Source: Orbicella franksi
Taxonomy: Eukaryota
Assembly: GCA_964199315.1 (NCBI GenBank)
Contig: OZ116701.1
Location: 9,238,001 to 9,302,000 of the forward strand
DNA: 64,000 nt
Direction of reading: 5' to 3'
Made by a program: the position numbers and the translations under genes. The notes beneath the pieces are model-generated. The model made no database searches. It saw only the letters and a program-made list of their open reading frames with translations, and had not been told where the DNA came from. This document shows, piece after piece, positions 59,454-64,000 of this stretch; the first letter of the stretch is position 1; each line of letters opens with the position of its first letter.

Positions 59454-62400
59454 CGGCAACTGGTCCACCGGCGGCCGCAGATATAGAACACGTCACACTT
59501 TTGATGCAGAAAGCGGCCGTTGTTCTCTTGCTGTCCACACACGTCAGTAAAATAAAATTCTGAGTTGTTGCGAAAACACCGTCGCTCAATCCATAAATGA
59601 CACTGAAAGCGATTAAGTTCCAGTATTTTGTGGTGAAGGGCAGCATATAGGCGGCGAGACCAGCTGTTACCATTCATGATTGATAAATGTACACTAGATT
59701 AACTCTCTTGTTGTTACACAGTCTTCCCGTCACCAGCCGCGAGACGCCTGAAGCAAGGCCGATACAAATGAACAGCCCAGAACCTTTCTGCACAGAAATT
59801 CCAATATCTTGACAGTACTTTACCTAAGAAATGATAATATAAACCTCTTTAATAATTAGAAATGCTCTTAATTATCAAACAAAGCAGAAACAAGCCCTGT
59901 AAAGCATACTCGAGACGACTTTCAGTTTTGTGCACTCAATCGAAAGGTCCGAAATTAACCTCGACCCACCAACGTCCCTAAAGTTGATTTAACTTTACAA
60001 GAAGTTGTTTGATTTTGCATCTTGGGTCCCAATCAAAACTATCTGTTTCACAGTCATTTTTGTAGAGAGAAGAGCTCTGGGCTGGAGGATAGTGTAGTGT
60101 CCTTATTCCGGCGTTTTTTTTTTTTTTTGAGCCAATATTCTCAAGCGTTATGTGCATGAAAAAGGAAATCATAGTCTTGATGAAGTTACGTCAGTGCGTA
60201 ACTGTATTAATGTAGCCTACAGAGCGGTTTTTATTTGAGTGCGAAGAGAAACTGGTTTTGCATTACTACGCTACACGATTGGCTTAAAAATCACGCGCCA
60301 CTTTTTCATCCACTCAGAAGTAAAACCATGCAAAACCAATCGTGACTCGCTCGCGTTTTCCCGCGCTTCGCGCCAGCTATATGTAGCTGATTGGTTTACG
60401 GTGTTGTTTGTGTCGTTTACAATTGGCCAGAGTGATAACTTTGTTTTGGTTTCACAACGCTCAATCGAAAACTTCGCTCTATAGAAAACACAAGCAAGCA
60501 ATGATCACACTACACATCGCTACGGCTTGGCCGGGACTCTCGTTCTCAAAGTTCGAGCCTTTTCAGTCACGGTGAACAAACGACCTGCGCCATGCGTTCC
60601 GCGCGAAAATGCTGGCTCAGAGGTCCCGTTTCTTATTGCCCCACCTAGGAACGACATTGCCATGGACAGATTCTTCGTCCTCATAAGGACTGTTAGCATA
60701 TAAATACATACGAAGCATTTGAACCTGTGCGTATTTTACGAGTTATTCTCAGCTCCTTTCACCTTACAATGATTTAAATATTATTAATTAACTGCTCGGA
60801 AGTACAAAGCGACTTAGTTCGCAATTTAAACTAACAAGATTGATATAAGGAATATACTTTCCAAAAGTGACAAGCGTGAACGACGTTACAAGTACAGTGT
60901 ACGCTGGAAAGCCCCACACACTGCAGTACAGAGAGATCCCTGTCTTCTCGTCTCTTGCTTCCTCGTTGTTGTTGTCTTCAGTGCCATACTTTTCCGCTGT
61001 TGTTATTTCTTCTTCTACGTATGGATTGAAACTCAGACTCAAAATGCAAACAAGGCCGTACATTGCTGCCATTATTCTAGAAGTGTTATTCCATTCAAAC
61101 GAGTCTAAGAGGACTTGAAGCAAAGGTCCGGTGTAGACCCCGACACTCGCGCCCAACAAAGCAACGCCAGTAGCTACGGACAACTTGTCTGTAAATTATT
61201 TAGCGATTACAAGGTAGTAGGCATTGTATGTCAGACACCCTTCAAATCAGTACAAGGCGCTATACGTGAAGTACATCACTGTGAGGCTCTGGACAAATGA
61301 AGTCAACACCAGACCCGCAATGCATAGCGTGCCTCCCAAAACACATGTTATGCGGCAACGAAAGCGATCACTCAGATAGCCTGCCAGCGGACTTGCAAAC
61401 CATACCATGCCATACAGATTGAGCCGACAAAAGCTGAAAATAAAAACGTTATTCAATGAATGATAGTTATTTTTGCGCCTTTATTGTACAAGATAATAAT
61501 ACTTATTATACATTTTTATAGCGCTAATGCTATGAAATATTCAATAGCGCTTTACATAAAAAGATCTAGAAGCTAACAAACTAAAACAAAGATCTATACT
61601 GAAAAGAATAAATAAGAAAACAAAAATATAAAACGGCCCATGTAACTAAGATTTACACAAATTATAAAGAGTCATAAGCGATTTTTTAAAAATGTCCAAA
61701 GTCGAGCTTGATGGTACGGCCAAGGGCAAATTGGTCCATAAAAATGACCCGAACGAGAAAAGGCGCGGTCTCCAAGTGTAGTGCATTTCGCTCTTGGCAC
61801 GAATGGAAGGGCTTGATGACAGGAACAAAGTGAAAATCTCAGATTAGGCTTGTGACAGAGGATAAACTTTACTGGGAGCCAGTGGAGGTTAACAAGAGCA
61901 GGAGTGATGTGATCAAATTTAGGAGTCTGATATATCACTCTAGCAGCGGCATTCAGAATCTTCTGAAGACGATCAAGTTGGTATTTGGGAAGACCGAAGA
62001 GAATTGAATTACAGTAGTCAAGGTGCGAGGTGGCAAAGGCATGACCCCGGTGTAAGTTATTTCCTCTCTTTCAAATGTTGTAAAGCCCACGAAAAGCTTT
62101 GCTACAAATCTACCCGACGTGACATCGATAGACATGTGACAATCAAACCAGGAACCAATCAGTCACGATATTTTGAGTTATTTTGGCCACGTACAAAATT
62201 ACCTTTAAATGGTAGGAAACCTGAAAATAACAGATAATAAGATAGAAAAACACCAGAGACATAATGATAAACCATAAAGGAACTAGTATGGCTAAGGATG
62301 GAGAAGATTAACACGGACTGGAAACGACGAATTTGAAAAATTGAAGCTAAACTTTTCAATATGCGCAAACTGAGAAGTTGTTCCTTTAATGACAGAATCA

Positions 62401-63606
62401 CCAACAACAATAGAATCAATGGATATTTTTTGTAAGCTGGTGACGGGTACCACTGAATAATTAGAAACTCAGTTTTCGTGTTGTTGATCATGACCATCAA
62501 GCGGTTAGCAGTTAGCCATGCGCGGACATCAGCAACACAATTCTCAACTGATCGGCAGCCAAACCATCGCGTTACCTTCCAAGAGCCGTTAGCACTAAAT
62601 ACTAAACGGCAAATTTAAAACAAGATTTTTGAAAGAAAAACGTTATCATTTTGTGAGCATAATTTGGGCATCTAGGGGCATAAATTGTGAATTTTGGCAG
62701 AATTTTTCGCTTAATTCGAAAAAATCGAAGCAGTACTAGCAGCATAATATGATACTGAAGCACGTTCGGCCAAGGCCCGTATTTGTGTGTGCAGTCTTCT
62801 AGCTCCTTCTAACCGTTATATTAACTTAATGTCGTTATTATTTTTCGAGAGAGCCTAATTTCGCGAAATTATTGAAACATCAAATTTTGCTAGACTCAGC
62901 TTTCCCCATTTGACGATAAAATTCGATGGAAGGAAATGTGTTCTATGTATTCTATGTATTCCCACAGTAACAAATAGTCTCAGAATAATCGAATCGATGT
63001 TATAGATCACTGAACAGAGCCATAGCAAAATAAGACACAACTTAATCTAAGATAGTGAATTTCAATTGAACACATTTGAACTTAACCCAGGCTGTGTTGC
63101 AAAAGTTTGCGATTCAATGCAATGTCATACAGTCTTTGAAGACGACACTGCGTACTTTTTTTAACTTTCGAAGATAATTGCGGTTGTAAAAAAAAAAAAA
63201 CCACAAGGAACGCAAATGAATGATATAATGCTATTTCTAAGGGGCAATGCCCAACACCGTTTTTCGAGTATATTTAACTGATTGCAATCTAAAATCGAAC
63301 CTGTCCTCGGCTGTCCAGTGTATGGCAGGCTATTTCAAACCAGTCAATGTTGGACTGGCAGGCTGTACAGACTGCGCGCTTTTTGAGCTAACTGCACTAA
63401 CCTGTTCTCTCTCTGGTCTCGTCAAAGTATTCCATCAGAGCCGGGAACAGAACACCAAAGCTGAGAGCCATACCAATATTAACAGCATTGCAAACCGCTG
63501 CTGAAACACACACGATCCATGACCACGAACTTGCTTTGAAACGTTTTCCAGTAAAGAACCATGATACTCTCCTAAAGCAGTGCATGGTGTCTTTTTCTTC
63601 TACCAT
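59454..63606 (-). pseudogene. SLC16/monocarboxylate transporter-like MFS pseudogene, copy B (exons 1-3; last exon not found)
   Basis: Exons 63606-63402 (WSWIVC...SFGVLFPALMEYFDETRERT), 61433-60836, 59823-59454, collinear with copy A. 1-bp deletion near 61410; stops at 61247-61249, 61196-61198 and 59674-59676. Confidence 0.85.
61500..62010 (-). mobile_element. L2/CR1-group LINE 3' remnant in SLC16 copy B intron 1
   Basis: Decayed frame RL..ILNAAARVIYQTPKFDHITPALVNLHWLPV...TLGDRAFS, with a (TATTA)-like tail near 61500. Confidence 0.65.
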
Positions 63607-64000
63607 TTCAACCAGCCGAAATATCGACCAATTTAGAACTGCTTAATTAAGAGATTTTGCTGTAGACTTCAACCATATAATGGTAAAAAAAAAAAGTCGA
63701 AAGAATAAAAGCATATAAGAATTGATCCTAGGAGACTGGATTAAAGGATCAATTTTGAATTATGGAAATTTCGCAACCAAATGTATATGGTGCTAGTTTA
63801 ATGAAAGATAATGAGTCGATAAGGTCGGGGTTTGATTGGTTCGCATTTAAACGAACTAAGTCACCTAAACTCGAAAGATAGAATCAAGATCATTCCGTAT
63901 TTAGCTATTGCCTTGAACGAGTTGTCAGATAACAAGCGTAAATTCGAAAAAAACAAATAAAGAATCGCGAGAATCCAACGAAATGAGACGAGACATAACT

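Overview
Intron-rich, repeat-rich animal genomic DNA. The gene content and repeat families suggest an anthozoan, probably a stony coral (inference). I reconstructed five protein-coding genes by hand from GT-AG splice sites with continuous reading frames: the 3' end of glia maturation factor (GMF, +), cornichon (CNIH, -, 141 aa), CCDC167 (-, 90 aa), a secreted bacterial-type CBM9-like protein (+, 11 exons, 373 aa, head-to-head with CCDC167), and a periostin/TGFBI-like EMI + 4xFAS1 protein (-, 8 exons, 701 aa). The right third holds two independently disabled SLC16 (monocarboxylate transporter-like MFS) pseudogenes plus a small third fragment. It also holds a young 5'-truncated L1/Tx1-clade LINE with an open RT frame and a 15-bp TSD, an internally deleted Academ-like transposon, and an unassigned 181-aa single-exon ORF bracketed by three LTR-like direct repeats. 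A decayed Polinton/Maverick end (pPolB) lies between GMF and CNIH, and SINEs and MITEs are scattered throughout. The most notable observations are the orphan ORF with its direct repeats, the GMF-CNIH adjacency that mirrors human GMFB-CNIH1, and the intron-containing CBM9-like gene. Family assignments come from motif recognition only; no database searches were run.
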